A stretch of 64,000 nt of DNA. It comes from an uncultured delta proteobacterium. Lineage in GTDB: Bacteria; Desulfobacterota; Desulfuromonadia; Geobacterales; Pseudopelobacteraceae. The position numbers and the translations under genes are program-made. A model generated the notes under the pieces. It saw only the letters and a program-made list of their open reading frames with translations. It had not been told where the DNA came from and searched no databases. Location: NCBI GenBank assembly GCA_963772835.1, contig CAVYYZ010000011.1:192001-256000 (forward strand), read 5' to 3'. This document shows, piece by piece, positions 37,633-48,152 of this stretch. The number at the start of each line of letters is the position of its first letter. Position 1 is the first letter of the stretch.

Positions 37633-39015
37633 TTATTCCTGCCCGGCCTGCTCAACCGGCTTGTCCCCCGCCGGCTTCCTTTTCCGCCGTTTACGTTTTT
37701 TCTTTTCGATACTCCCGTCGGCTGTTTCATCTGCTGCTTTTACAATTACAGGTTTAGCCGCCGGCGGTTTCACGCGCGGTGGCGGTTTTCTGGTTCCCCG
37801 GTCAGGGACCCTCGCACCTCCCGGTTTGTCCCGCTTGATATCCTGAACCCTTTTCGGCCGCGCTGTCCGCACATAATCGAGAACATACAGATCATCATCT
37901 GCCCATTCTGTAGGAATTTTTGCTTTTATATACCCCTCAATGGCCTCAAGAAAAAAAGCGCCATCTTCATCAGCCAGTGAAATAGCCTTGCCTTCTGCTC
38001 CCGCCCGCGCAGTCCGTCCGATTCGATGGACATAATCTTCGCAATCCTGCGGCAAATCATAATTAATAACATGGGAAACACCATCTATGTGCAATCCTCG
38101 AGATGCGACATCGGTTGCAATCAAAATAGGGAGTGTACCATCTTTGAAATCATCAAGTATTTTCATCCGCTTACGTTGCTCAACATCCCCCGAAATGACT
38201 TTGCAGGGAAAATTATTTGCATTCAAGAGGTTGTGGAGATGTTCCGCCTCTCGTTTGGTGTTCATAAATATCATGGAACGTGCCATGCCTTCACGTCGTA
38301 GAAGGCCCAACAAAAGTGAAAACTTTTCCTTGCGTGAACAGTGGAAAAGAAGCTGTTCCACCCGTTCGGCGGTCATGTTCTCCGGTGTTACCGAAACTTT
38401 TGTCGGTGAGTTCATAAACTCATACGCCAACTCCATGACACGAGGATTGAGCGTTGCTGAGAACATCATGTTCTGTCTTTTTTCAAACGGCGGAAGTTTG
38501 CGGAGGATAAAACGGAGATCTGCAATGAATCCGAGGTCGAACATACGGTCAGCCTCATCAATCACCAAAACTTCAACATCTTTCAGGCTGTAAATCTTCT
38601 GTTTGAGATAATCGATCAGGCGTCCCGGAGTACCGACGATAATATCAGCGCCGTCCAAAAGGGCGTTTTTTTGCTTCATGTAATCAACGCCGCCATAAAT
38701 AGCCTGGACGACGAATCCGCTGTGAGCCCCCAGTTGTTTGGCATCACTTTCGATTTGGACTACCAGCTCCCGTGTCGGTGCCAGAATTAACGCCCGCGGG
38801 CGGCCGGCGGGCTGTTCACTTGCCAGCAGCCGGGTAAAAAGTGAAATGAGAAAAGCAGCAGTTTTGCCGGTGCCGGTCTGAGCCTGTCCGGCAATGTCAG
38901 TTCCCGTCAGGGTTATCGGAAGAGTCTGTTCCTGAATGGGTGTACATTCACTGAAGCCTGCATCGGCAATGCCGCGCAACACCAGTCCCGGAATCGGGAG
39001 TTCATCAAATCGCAT
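37633..39015 (-). CDS. rhlB: DEAD-box RNA helicase RhlB-like
   Basis: AQTGTGKT, PTREL, TPGR, DEAD, SAT, HRIGRTAR. Basic tail. Confidence 0.9.
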   Translation of the reverse strand: MRFDELPIPGLVLRGIADAGFSECTPIQEQTLPITLTGTDIAGQAQTGTGKTAAFLISLFTRLLASEQPAGRPRALILAPTRELVVQIESDAKQLGAHSGFVVQAIYGGVDYMKQKNALLDGADIIVGTPGRLIDYLKQKIYSLKDVEVLVIDEADRMFDLGFIADLRFILRKLPPFEKRQNMMFSATLNPRVMELAYEFMNSPTKVSVTPENMTAERVEQLLFHCSRKEKFSLLLGLLRREGMARSMIFMNTKREAEHLHNLLNANNFPCKVISGDVEQRKRMKILDDFKDGTLPILIATDVASRGLHIDGVSHVINYDLPQDCEDYVHRIGRTARAGAEGKAISLADEDGAFFLEAIEGYIKAKIPTEWADDDLYVLDYVRTARPKRVQDIKRDKPGGARVPDRGTRKPPPRVKPPAAKPVIVKAADETADGSIEKKKRKRRKRKPAGDKPVEQAGQE

Positions 39016-39140
39016 ATATTTTCCTTTACGTTACATCTCTTGATGCTACGTACTGTCACCATATACTGTGACATCACGTCTGGCAATCGAAACATGACGT
39101 TACAGGCCCTTAAAATCGCACCATTCCTGCCAGAAATGCT

Positions 39141-39170
39141 TTGACAAATAAGAAGCCATTCCTTTACTAT
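39141..39170 (+). promoter_or_regulatory. Sigma70-type promoter for ispB
   Basis: TTGACA-18 bp-TACTAT. Confidence 0.55.
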
Positions 39171-39200
39171 TACCCGAATTTTCTTAAAGGATATTACATT

Positions 39201-40169
39201 ATGCAGGCTGCGCTTAACATAATCGGTGAAGATCTCAAGCAGGTCGAGCTGCAGTTCCGTAAAGATCTGCAGTCAGATGTACCACTGATTCGCAAAGTCG
39301 GTGAGTATGTACTCTCTAGCGGAGGCAAGCGTGTTCGCCCCGCTCTGCTTCTTCTCGCCGCCCGTTTGTGCGGATACATTGATGACAAGGCTGTCCCGCT
39401 TGCAAGTGTTATTGAATTTATTCATACCGCTACTCTGCTGCACGATGATGTCGTCGACAGTGCCACGCTCCGGCGCGGGCTGGCATCCGCCAATACACTC
39501 TGGGGTAATGAAGCCTCGGTACTTGTGGGTGACTTCCTGTTTTCAAAATCGTTCTCACTTATGGTGAGAGTCGGAAGTCTTGATATCTTGAGGGTACTTT
39601 CCGATGCGACAACCGTTATAGCCGAGGGTGAGGTTATGCAATTGCTCTGTACCGGTGAAATTGATCTTACTGAAGAGCGATATATCAATGTTGTCCGTTC
39701 CAAAACTGCAATTCTGATGTCTGCCGCCTGTGAAGCGGGGGCAATTCTTGGTGTTGCAGAACAAAGTAAACAGCAGGCGTTAGCCGGTTTCGGAATGGAC
39801 CTTGGCATCGCATTTCAGTTGATGGATGATATTCTCGATTATGTTGCCACTGAAGAAGAATTCGGCAAGAGCATCGGCCATGACCTTGAAGAGGGTAAGA
39901 TAACACTCCCGCTCATCCATACACTGCGAAAATGCAATGATGCCGAACGTGAAGTTATTGCCGCTGTGGTTGAACAGGATGAAATGTCACTTGATGACTT
40001 CCGCGCAGTTTCCGGCTTTGTTAAAAAGTACGGCGGTATTGCCTATACAGTCGATGCAGCCCGCTTCTACATAAATCGCTGCAAGATACATCTTGACCGG
40101 TTTGAGCCGTCACCGGTTAGAGAAGCTTTACGCAGCCTGTCCGAGTATGTGGTTACACGCAGCAAATGA
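39201..40169 (+). CDS. ispB: Octaprenyl/polyprenyl diphosphate synthase
   Basis: GGKRVRP, LLHDDVVD..RRG, FQLMDDILD. Start at ATG 39201. Confidence 0.93.
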   Translation: MQAALNIIGEDLKQVELQFRKDLQSDVPLIRKVGEYVLSSGGKRVRPALLLLAARLCGYIDDKAVPLASVIEFIHTATLLHDDVVDSATLRRGLASANTLWGNEASVLVGDFLFSKSFSLMVRVGSLDILRVLSDATTVIAEGEVMQLLCTGEIDLTEERYINVVRSKTAILMSAACEAGAILGVAEQSKQQALAGFGMDLGIAFQLMDDILDYVATEEEFGKSIGHDLEEGKITLPLIHTLRKCNDAEREVIAAVVEQDEMSLDDFRAVSGFVKKYGGIAYTVDAARFYINRCKIHLDRFEPSPVREALRSLSEYVVTRSK

Positions 40170-40313
40170 GTCTGCTGTTAGAAGTTTTCTGTGTTACTTT
40201 CCAATCACCAGAACTGTCAGAAAACGACTTAATTTCAACGCATCCTCATCCTGCTTGACCGCTTTAGCCAATTACGTTTTCCCCCGATATCATTTTCACT
40301 CTCCGGAGGTATC

Positions 40314-40841
40314 ATGCAGCGGTTTCTTTTAAGTATCATAGCATGTCTGTTTCTAGCACTGACTGCCTGTAAAAAAGCGGATTCGCCTCAAATGGGTGCA
40401 GGTGCAGTCGCAACAGAAAAGAGTCCTGCTCCGAACGTTTCGGTAGTATCTCTGGCGAACGGCACTCCTTTGAAATTATCAGAACTAAAAGGTAAAGTGG
40501 TTCTGCTTAATTTCTGGGCGACCTGGTGCCCCCCCTGCCGTGAGGAAATACCTTCCATGATGAAACTGAACGGTTTTATGACAGGTAAACCATTTCAGAT
40601 GGTTGCCGTATCTATTGATGAGGGGGGAAAGAAGGATATTGAAGCATTCTTCAAAGAAACCGGTTTTTCTCTTCCGGTATATCTTGACGAAAGCGGTGCA
40701 TCTTCCAAATCTTATGGAATTACCGGCGTTCCGGAATCGTTCATTATCGACAAGAAGGGTGTTCTGGTTAAAAAAATTATTGGCGGAGCCGCCTGGGATT
40801 CTCCGGAAGTTGTAGCTTTTATTGAAGGATTGATGAAATAG
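40314..40841 (+). CDS. TlpA/ResA-family thiol-disulfide oxidoreductase lipoprotein
   Basis: Lipobox LTAC, NFWATWCPPC, GVPES. Confidence 0.92.
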   Translation: MQRFLLSIIACLFLALTACKKADSPQMGAGAVATEKSPAPNVSVVSLANGTPLKLSELKGKVVLLNFWATWCPPCREEIPSMMKLNGFMTGKPFQMVAVSIDEGGKKDIEAFFKETGFSLPVYLDESGASSKSYGITGVPESFIIDKKGVLVKKIIGGAAWDSPEVVAFIEGLMK

Positions 40842-40850
40842 GACACTCTT

Positions 40851-41582
40851 GTGATCAGTCATGAAGTAACGTATATCGGGGCTTTTATTGCCGGACTGTT
40901 GTCTTTTCTCTCTCCGTGTGTACTGCCGCTGATACCTTCCTATATTACGTATATCACCGGGATCTCGTTTGCTGACCTGCAGGCTGAGCACCCTACACAC
41001 ATCATCCGCCAGAAATCCATTCTCCACTCGCTCAGCTTCATACTAGGTTTCACTGCTGTTTTCGTTCTGCTTGGGGCTTCTGCAACTTATCTGGGATCGT
41101 TCCTTCACGAGAATGCCACAATCATCAGAAAAATAGGTGGTGTACTGCTGGTGATGCTTGGAGTTCATGTCACCGGAATCCTGCATCTTAATTTTCTCCT
41201 GGGAGAAAAACGGGTATCCATAAAACATAAACCTGCCGGATACGTTGGAAGTTTTCTTGTCGGCATCGCATTTGCTGCCGGATGGACTCCCTGCATTGGA
41301 CCGATACTTGCCGCAATACTTGCTGTGGCGGCAACCGAAGAAAGTGTGTATCAGGGCATTCTGCTGCTGCTGCTCTATTCAATGGGATTGGGAGTGCCGT
41401 TTTTTCTTTCGGCATTTGCCATGCACCGTTTTCTGGTTGTTTTCAACCGATTCAAAAAATATATCCATGTTTTTGAAATAATTACTGGGGTTTTCTTGAT
41501 GGTAATCGGAGTGCTGATCTATACCAACTTGCTTTCACGCCTTTCCGGTTATGTTTCTATTTTTTACAAGGGGTTTGAGTGA
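40851..41582 (+). CDS. ccdA: Cytochrome c biogenesis protein CcdA
   Basis: SFLSPCVLP and GWTPCIGP. 6 TM segments. Confidence 0.93.
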   Translation: MISHEVTYIGAFIAGLLSFLSPCVLPLIPSYITYITGISFADLQAEHPTHIIRQKSILHSLSFILGFTAVFVLLGASATYLGSFLHENATIIRKIGGVLLVMLGVHVTGILHLNFLLGEKRVSIKHKPAGYVGSFLVGIAFAAGWTPCIGPILAAILAVAATEESVYQGILLLLLYSMGLGVPFFLSAFAMHRFLVVFNRFKKYIHVFEIITGVFLMVIGVLIYTNLLSRLSGYVSIFYKGFE

Positions 41583-42010
41583 AGGCACATCGCTCCCCGC
41601 ATTCAATCCAGTTGACCGTTTCGCAACTTGTCGTGACCGAGGCCTTTTACAGCGGTATCCTTGAGTTGCCGGTGCGGAGGTCGTTCACGTCTAAAGGTGC
41701 TCCGGATCATCTTGTTATTGACATGGACGGCATGGCCATTGTTTTCGTGGAGGAGGCTGATGTCATCAAAGCCCATCCGGTGCTTGAACCGCGCTTCAGC
41801 ATGTTTCCTCGAGGGATAGGTGTTACACTCCATTTTGAAGTTACTGAGATAGAGGATATCCGTGACGCAATTATGGAAGAGGGGCTTGAGGTTCTGTACC
41901 CGCTTGATATCAAGCCATATGGTGTCAAAGAGATGTGGTGCTTTGATCCGGACGGTTACCTGATCGTTCTAGATGAAATCCTTCCGCAGCAAAAAAAGGT
42001 TGGGCAGTAG
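41579..42010 (+). CDS. VOC/glyoxalase-family protein
   Basis: FYSGIL, LHFEV, PYG..DPDGY. Confidence 0.85.
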   Translation: MKAHRSPHSIQLTVSQLVVTEAFYSGILELPVRRSFTSKGAPDHLVIDMDGMAIVFVEEADVIKAHPVLEPRFSMFPRGIGVTLHFEVTEIEDIRDAIMEEGLEVLYPLDIKPYGVKEMWCFDPDGYLIVLDEILPQQKKVGQ

Positions 42011-42118
42011 CCCGGCCTTTTATTTTATGGCAACGTGTGAGTAGCTGTTCATTCAGCAGTAGCAGGGCAAAAAAGAGTTGAGAACACTTTTTATTCGGAT
42101 TGTATGCGCCGTTTGTTG

Positions 42119-42146
42119 ATAGATGACATATATCGTTTTAATCAAT
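42119..42146. promoter_or_regulatory. Putative LysR autoregulatory site
   Basis: ATA-N9-TAT at 42119-42133 with an adjacent weaker copy, directly upstream of the LysR gene. Confidence 0.35.
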
Positions 42147-42160
42147 AAGAGTGGAAATCC

Positions 42161-43054
42161 ATGACGTTAAAACAATTAGAAGTTTTTGTCGCGATTGCCC
42201 GGACGGGAAGTTTCTCAAAAGGTGCCGAAAAAACCGGTATAACCCAGTCAACTGCAAGCCAGCATATTCTGGGTTTGGAGAAAGAACTGGGCATTCGACT
42301 CTTTGATAGAGGCAGAGAAGGTGCTTTGTTGACGGAAGCCGGCAAACTATTCTTTACCCGTGCAGGAAGGATTCTTTCCGATTGTGACGGTTCCCGTGCA
42401 GCCATCCGCCGTTTTCTCGATATGGAGGATGTTACGCTGAAAATCGCGGCCAGTGACGTTCCAGGCTCATGGATGATACCGGAAGTGCTTGGAACTTTTC
42501 ATAAAGAGCATCCTAAAGTACGGCTGGAAGTGCGTCAGAGCAATAGTCGTTCGATACTTCGTGATCTTGCTGCCGAGGAGGTTGAACTTTGCTTTGTCGG
42601 AGGTCGTTTTGAGGACGAGCGTATATTATTCGAGTCGATGGGTGAGGAACCTCTTGTTTGTGCCGTATCTCCTGATCTGAACCCGGGGCGAAAAGAAAGT
42701 CTGAGTCAGGTTCAGTTCTGCAAAGTTCCTCTCATTGCCTGGGAGGACGGTTCAGGTACGCAAAAATCGGTACAGGAAGCTTTGGCTGGTACGTGGATCA
42801 ACAAAGATTCACTCACAATAATAGCCCGATTTGGAAGCAGTGAAGCCATCAGACGAGCGCTTCTGAATTGTGCCGGGTATGCATTCATTTCCGAGCGTGC
42901 GATTACTGATGAGTTGGAAAACGGGCAGTTAATGGCGATCAGAATCCCTGCGGTACAAATCACCCGAAAATTTTATGCCGCCCGCCGTGATGAACGGGTG
43001 CTTTCACCGGCGGCTGCAGCTTTTTTGGAGATTATGCACAGCAGGTGGGGATGA
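42161..43054 (+). CDS. LysR-family transcriptional regulator (CysL-like)
   Basis: MTLKQLEVF..GSFSKGA..TQS..LEKELG..LFDR HTH and EDGSGT in the effector domain. Confidence 0.92.
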   Translation: MTLKQLEVFVAIARTGSFSKGAEKTGITQSTASQHILGLEKELGIRLFDRGREGALLTEAGKLFFTRAGRILSDCDGSRAAIRRFLDMEDVTLKIAASDVPGSWMIPEVLGTFHKEHPKVRLEVRQSNSRSILRDLAAEEVELCFVGGRFEDERILFESMGEEPLVCAVSPDLNPGRKESLSQVQFCKVPLIAWEDGSGTQKSVQEALAGTWINKDSLTIIARFGSSEAIRRALLNCAGYAFISERAITDELENGQLMAIRIPAVQITRKFYAARRDERVLSPAAAAFLEIMHSRWG

Positions 43055-43124
43055 GTTGTTTCGGGATGATGCATGTGAATGATAGTCACCGGGGAAGGCG
43101 CGATTCTGATAGTGAGGGCAGGCT

Positions 43125-43394
43125 GTGAGTGAAATTATTTTTTTAGTGCTGATTTTTGGACTTCCTGCCGCAATCGGGTTCAAGCTGGCACTTTCCCGTG
43201 GGAAGAATCCTTTGATCTGGGGGATGTTATCCGGGATATTTCCTTTTTTTCTGGTTGTCCTGCATTTCCACAGACCGACTCATGAAATACGCGGGCATTT
43301 CCGGAAGTGTGGTCATTGCGGTATGACTTTCCCCTGGAATGATAGGGTGTGCAGATACTGCGGGAGCGCAATTTCCGATTCCGAAACTATTTGA
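43125..43394 (+). CDS. Small membrane protein with a C-terminal zinc ribbon
   Basis: Two TMs, then CGHCG...CRYCG. Confidence 0.7.
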   Translation: MSEIIFLVLIFGLPAAIGFKLALSRGKNPLIWGMLSGIFPFFLVVLHFHRPTHEIRGHFRKCGHCGMTFPWNDRVCRYCGSAISDSETI

Positions 43395-45687
43395 TACAGA
43401 CTTTACGAACCTCCTTCAAGTCGGTCAAGCCCTGGAAGCATTTAAGAATTCCGTCCTGCTTCAGTGTTGTCATTCCATCCTCAATAGCCTGTTTTCTGAT
43501 GTGCTCAATTTCAGATTTCCGTTTTACCAGCGCTTTTATCGCATCAGTTCCTTCAAGCAATTCATGAAGTCCTAATCTTCCCTTGTAACCGGTATCACCG
43601 CATTTCTGACAGCCGACCGCCTTAAAAAGCCGTATGTCAGAAGGGATAATTCCTGTCTTTGCAAAATGTTCTACCCCATACTCAATAACTATATCTTCCA
43701 GTTCCTTTTGCGATGGAACATATTCCTCTTTACAGGAGCAGAGTCGGCGCGCCAGACGCTGTGCCAATATGCAAAGGATTGCATCAGAAAAACTGAACGG
43801 ATCGAGTTCCATATCAAGCAGTCGGGTAATTGTTTCCGGTGCTGAGTTGGTGTGAAGGGTTGAGAAAACCAGATGACCGGTCAGAGAACACTCTATTCCA
43901 ATTTCTGCCGTTTCCTGATCGCGCATCTCTCCGACCATAATGACATCAGGGTCAGCGCGTAAAAACGAACGAAGGGCCGCGGCAAAGGTGAAGCCGATTT
44001 TGGGGTGAACCTGAACCTGGCGCAGGCCGCGCTGGGTTATCTCTACCGGGTCTTCGGCGGTCCAGATTTTTGTATCGACAGTATTGATTACCGAGATAGC
44101 CGAATGAAGTGTGGTAGTCTTGCCCGAACCGGTTGGCCCGACAACCAGTACCAGCCCGTACGGTTGCTTGACACAAGCATCCAGCACGCGCGAGTTACGT
44201 TCTGTCAGGCCGAGTTTGTCGTACGGGATCGGTTCACCTGATGCAAGCACACGCATGACGACATCTTCAAGCTGACCGGCCGTCGGGACTGTCGCAACGC
44301 GCAGTTCAACATTGAGCGGGCCGAACTTTTTAAAGTCAATCTTGCCGTCTTGCGGTTTACGTCGTTCAGAAATATCCAGATTACACATAATCTTAATGCG
44401 CGATGGAATAGCGTATTTGTATTTATAGGGGATTTTCTGGTAGACTTTGCACCGTCCGTCGACCCTCATCCTTACCTGAATATCTTCTTTCCCGGGAAAC
44501 GGTTCGATATGGATATCAGAAACTTTGTTGTTGACAGCATCGATGATAATCTTGTTGACCAACTGGACGATAACGCTGTCCTGTTCTGAAACTCTTTGAG
44601 ATTCAGAATCAATTTCAGGATCATCACTGGAGTCGAGCCTGTTTAGAATTTCATCAATACTGCTATTTGAAGAAGTTGAAGCACCATGATAGTAAAACAG
44701 GTTGATATAGCTCAGGATATCTTCACGGAAGGCACCGATAAAGCTGATGCGTTTGTACTCAGGATAGACGAACTTTAGCATATCCTGTCGCCCGAGATCG
44801 GTCGGGTCATCAATGATTATATGCAGAATGCCATTCTCTATCTTGAACGGAACCCACCACTCCTTAGTAAGTCGTTCCGGTTTAACCCGTTTGAGTAAAT
44901 CATCGTCAAGTGCCGGTGCCGTCGGGTCGTAACCAATAAATTCGGTTCCAAAAAAGAAGGAAAGATTCTTCGCCATATCCTCTCTGCTGATCCCGAAGTC
45001 ACGTATCAGGACAGCGTCCATGCCTGCCTTTGCAACGTCAGGATGAGAAGAAGCTTTTTCAAGCAATTTATCGTCAACCAGATTCTTGTCCAACAGGTAA
45101 TTGTAGCGTGCTTTGTGACGGATGACTTTTGTGGTGACCGAAAGGCGGTAGATGTTGTGGATGGCGATTGAGAGCGAAGTTGCCAGTTCCATGGCGTAGC
45201 TGATGTCGGTATTGTCGTAAGGAGTATCCGCTTTTTTGTTGATAATCTGGATGACGCCGATTAATGTTTTCTGAAACTTCATCGGTACACAGAGCACTTG
45301 TTTGGTGACATAACCGGTTTTTTTGTCCCAACTGTCGTCGAACTTTAGATTGCTGCCGATCATTTTCAATTCATGCTGATCATACGCATTCTTAATGTTG
45401 ATAATGGCCCCGCTTATTGCGCAGTACCCGGCAAGGCTCGCATCGCTGATCGGCACCACAATCTGCTGAACTTCAATCCCGCTCTTTACTTTTGAAATCA
45501 GCAGATTTCGTTTGGCATCCGCCAGGTAGATCGTTATACGTTCGGCGCTAAAGAGGCCTGCAATACTGTCCTTAATAGTTATGAGGATGGTGTTGAGATT
45601 GTCGGCGGAGTGGATTTCATTGATCTTATCCATCAGTCGTTTACGATACTCAAGCTGCTGTCGTAATGCGTCTGTTTCCTGAGGCAT
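43387..45687 (-). CDS. Orphan GspE/PilB-family ATPase with an N-terminal GAF domain
   Basis: GAF region (FDDSWDKKTGY.T..VLCVPM..IGVIQIINK). VSDIHIEP, GPTGSGKTT, TAEDPVE, RADPDVIMVGEMRD. Confidence 0.9.
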   Translation of the reverse strand: MPQETDALRQQLEYRKRLMDKINEIHSADNLNTILITIKDSIAGLFSAERITIYLADAKRNLLISKVKSGIEVQQIVVPISDASLAGYCAISGAIINIKNAYDQHELKMIGSNLKFDDSWDKKTGYVTKQVLCVPMKFQKTLIGVIQIINKKADTPYDNTDISYAMELATSLSIAIHNIYRLSVTTKVIRHKARYNYLLDKNLVDDKLLEKASSHPDVAKAGMDAVLIRDFGISREDMAKNLSFFFGTEFIGYDPTAPALDDDLLKRVKPERLTKEWWVPFKIENGILHIIIDDPTDLGRQDMLKFVYPEYKRISFIGAFREDILSYINLFYYHGASTSSNSSIDEILNRLDSSDDPEIDSESQRVSEQDSVIVQLVNKIIIDAVNNKVSDIHIEPFPGKEDIQVRMRVDGRCKVYQKIPYKYKYAIPSRIKIMCNLDISERRKPQDGKIDFKKFGPLNVELRVATVPTAGQLEDVVMRVLASGEPIPYDKLGLTERNSRVLDACVKQPYGLVLVVGPTGSGKTTTLHSAISVINTVDTKIWTAEDPVEITQRGLRQVQVHPKIGFTFAAALRSFLRADPDVIMVGEMRDQETAEIGIECSLTGHLVFSTLHTNSAPETITRLLDMELDPFSFSDAILCILAQRLARRLCSCKEEYVPSQKELEDIVIEYGVEHFAKTGIIPSDIRLFKAVGCQKCGDTGYKGRLGLHELLEGTDAIKALVKRKSEIEHIRKQAIEDGMTTLKQDGILKCFQGLTDLKEVRKVCIK

Positions 45688-45979
45688 GGCATCATCCTGT
45701 TTTCGTAAGATAGAAGATGTTCCTGTTAGAAGATCTTCTTTAACGCACGTATCCTGTTTGTCAGGTTCAGGGAATCGAATTTACGCTAGAGTAGCAGATT
45801 TGTAGCATATCTCAAGCGTTATTCAATATACTTCAGCCCGTAGCACAAGAGATTCTTCAACGCTTCAGTGGTTTATTTAACGTCCGTAACTTCAATTTGA
45901 GATGACATTGTCCGGAAGGAAATGGTACAGAGTACCTTGTCTCACCTATGCACGTACAAATGGTTCACATGGGGGTTTT

Positions 45980-46738
45980 ATGAAATTACGGGTATTGGGA
46001 AGTGCCGGGGCAGAGCTGCCTGACTTCAGGCCCCCGGCTTTTTTACTTGATGATCAACTTCTCCTCGATGCCGGTACGATCGGTTCGGTGCTCAGTGAGG
46101 AGGAACAATGGAAAATTCATACTATTTATATCACCCATTCCCATCTTGATCACATCCGGAGTATTCCCGCTCTGGCTGACAATATAATCATCAAAAATCA
46201 GCTGCATACGGTTTCGATCAGGAGTACCGTTGATGTCATTGAAGCGCTGCAAAATCATCTGTTTAATAATATCATCTGGCCCGATTTCACCCAAATTCCC
46301 TCTGCAGAGAATCCTGTCATAAAGCTTTCGGCCATCGCTCCGTACCAGGAGAATATCGTAAACGGATATTCTATTACGCCTATTCCGGTAAACCACACAG
46401 TTCCAACCGTTGGATATCGGGTAAAATCCGCCGGAAAAACGCTTGTTTATACCGGAGATACCGGGCCGACTGAGGAAATATGGAAGTACTGCTCCGGTGC
46501 TGATGTATTGATTGTTGAGGTTTCTTTTCCTGACTCCATGAAGGAACTGGCGCAGTTGACAAAACATTTAACCGCATCGATGCTGGTAGAAGAGCTTGCG
46601 AAAATAGACGTATTGCCCAATAGAATTCTTATAACTCATCCCAAACCACAGTATTACGATCTTATTCACAAGGAGGTAGCGGCGTTGGCGATTGCCGGCG
46701 CCGAACTTCTGCGCGACGGTTCCGTGTATGACATCTGA
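45980..46738 (+). CDS. Class II cyclic-nucleotide phosphodiesterase (metallo-beta-lactamase fold)
   Basis: LDAG, THSHLDH, HLFNNIIWPDF, NHTVP, TGDTG, EVSFP, HLT. Start at ATG 45980. Confidence 0.85.
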   Translation: MKLRVLGSAGAELPDFRPPAFLLDDQLLLDAGTIGSVLSEEEQWKIHTIYITHSHLDHIRSIPALADNIIIKNQLHTVSIRSTVDVIEALQNHLFNNIIWPDFTQIPSAENPVIKLSAIAPYQENIVNGYSITPIPVNHTVPTVGYRVKSAGKTLVYTGDTGPTEEIWKYCSGADVLIVEVSFPDSMKELAQLTKHLTASMLVEELAKIDVLPNRILITHPKPQYYDLIHKEVAALAIAGAELLRDGSVYDI

Positions 46739-46803
46739 AAAAATAGTAAATAAGATCCATTTAATCTGTCCTTTTCATTCATTATCTGTAATTTTATTTA
46801 ATC

Positions 46804-46832
46804 TTGCTTAAACAGATACTTTTCAGTATGTT
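46804..46832 (+). promoter_or_regulatory. Sigma70-type promoter for fbp
   Basis: TTGCTT-17 bp-TATGTT in an AT-rich intergenic region. Confidence 0.45.
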
Positions 46833-46873
46833 CTACGCAGTGACACTCTCATTTTATTCAGTCCGGAGGAAGC

Positions 46874-47818
46874 ATGGCCAGTGTAGCAGGCAAGACAAAA
46901 TTTCAGATTGATTTCCGTCAGCATTTGCGTGACCAGAATATTAGCGGCAATCTTGTACATCTTCTCTGCGAAATTGCCGAGGCAAGCAAATATGTGATCA
47001 ACGCAGTTCGAACCGGAGATCTTGGTGTTGCCGGTACATCCAATCTGTACGGTGAAGAACAGCTGGCTCTTGATGTCCTTTCCGATCGCATTATGCGAAA
47101 GCGATTACAGCACTCAGGAGTGGTGTGCAACATTGCATCAGAGGAAATGGAGGAAATTTTTCAGGTTACCAGCAATCCCCAGGGTATGTTTTCAGTCGCT
47201 TACGACCCGCTAGACGGCTCTTCGCTGGTTGACGTCAATCTTGCTGTCGGCACAATCGTCGGCATATATCGGGGGGATGATCTGCTTCAGCCTGGTCGAA
47301 AGATGGTGGGTGCCATTTATATTCTGTACGGACCTCGCGTCTCTTTGGTTTATTCCGTTGGTAAAGGTGTATTTGAATTCACGATGAATCAGTTAATGGA
47401 ATATACTCTCACCCGTGAAAATATTCAGATGAAGCCGTCAGGCGACATTTATTCCCCCGGTGGTCTCCGCAAAAAATACAGTGAAGGTAATGAGAGATTT
47501 ATCCGCTATCTGGAAGAAAAAGGAGCCAAACTGCGGTATTCTGGTGGATTTGTCCCGGATTTCAATCAGATTCTGATGAAAGGGAAGGGGATATTCATGT
47601 ACCCGGCACTTAGTGATAACCCAAATGGCAAACTGCGCTTATTGTTTGAATTAAACCCTATGGCGTTCTTGATCGAGCAGGCAGGTGGAGCCGCAACAAA
47701 TGGTGATATTCCGATTCTTGATATCGTACCTGAAGGCCTTGATCAACGGTGCCCCGTATATATCGGCTGCAGGGAGGATGTTGCCAAAGCCGCTGATTTT
47801 TTGAACGGTATCTGTTGA
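46874..47818 (+). CDS. fbp: Fructose-1,6-bisphosphatase class I
   Basis: GEEQLALD, ASEE, DPLDGSS, RYSG, GKLRLLFE. Confidence 0.96.
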   Translation: MASVAGKTKFQIDFRQHLRDQNISGNLVHLLCEIAEASKYVINAVRTGDLGVAGTSNLYGEEQLALDVLSDRIMRKRLQHSGVVCNIASEEMEEIFQVTSNPQGMFSVAYDPLDGSSLVDVNLAVGTIVGIYRGDDLLQPGRKMVGAIYILYGPRVSLVYSVGKGVFEFTMNQLMEYTLTRENIQMKPSGDIYSPGGLRKKYSEGNERFIRYLEEKGAKLRYSGGFVPDFNQILMKGKGIFMYPALSDNPNGKLRLLFELNPMAFLIEQAGGAATNGDIPILDIVPEGLDQRCPVYIGCREDVAKAADFLNGIC

Positions 47819-47831
47819 CCGGGACGGAGAC

Positions 47832-48131
47832 ATGTCTGATTCTGAGCTAAATCCTGATATGTTGCCTCAGCGCTTTTGCAGTGAAATTCAACTTTTCGAT
47901 CTGTGTGACTTGGATTCGTGTCATCACAAGAGTGGTCGCTTCTGTACTGACCTTTATTTGCTGAGTCGATTTGAAAAGACTGCAGAACAAGAACTTCGGG
48001 CTCCTGATCGATATGTTTTTGACGATATTGATGAATCAGAAGGTGATGATAGTGACGGATATGATGATGAATCGTGCACAATGGATAATTCTGAATGCGA
48101 AGTAAGTGACGAATGGGAAGATGAAGAGTAG
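47832..48131 (+). CDS. Small Cys-containing protein with a highly acidic tail
   Basis: GGAG SD. FCSEIQLFDLCDLDSC..GRFC followed by a D/E-rich C-terminus. Confidence 0.7.
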   Translation: MSDSELNPDMLPQRFCSEIQLFDLCDLDSCHHKSGRFCTDLYLLSRFEKTAEQELRAPDRYVFDDIDESEGDDSDGYDDESCTMDNSECEVSDEWEDEE

Positions 48132-48152
48132 TTAAAAATTATTGACCGCCTG

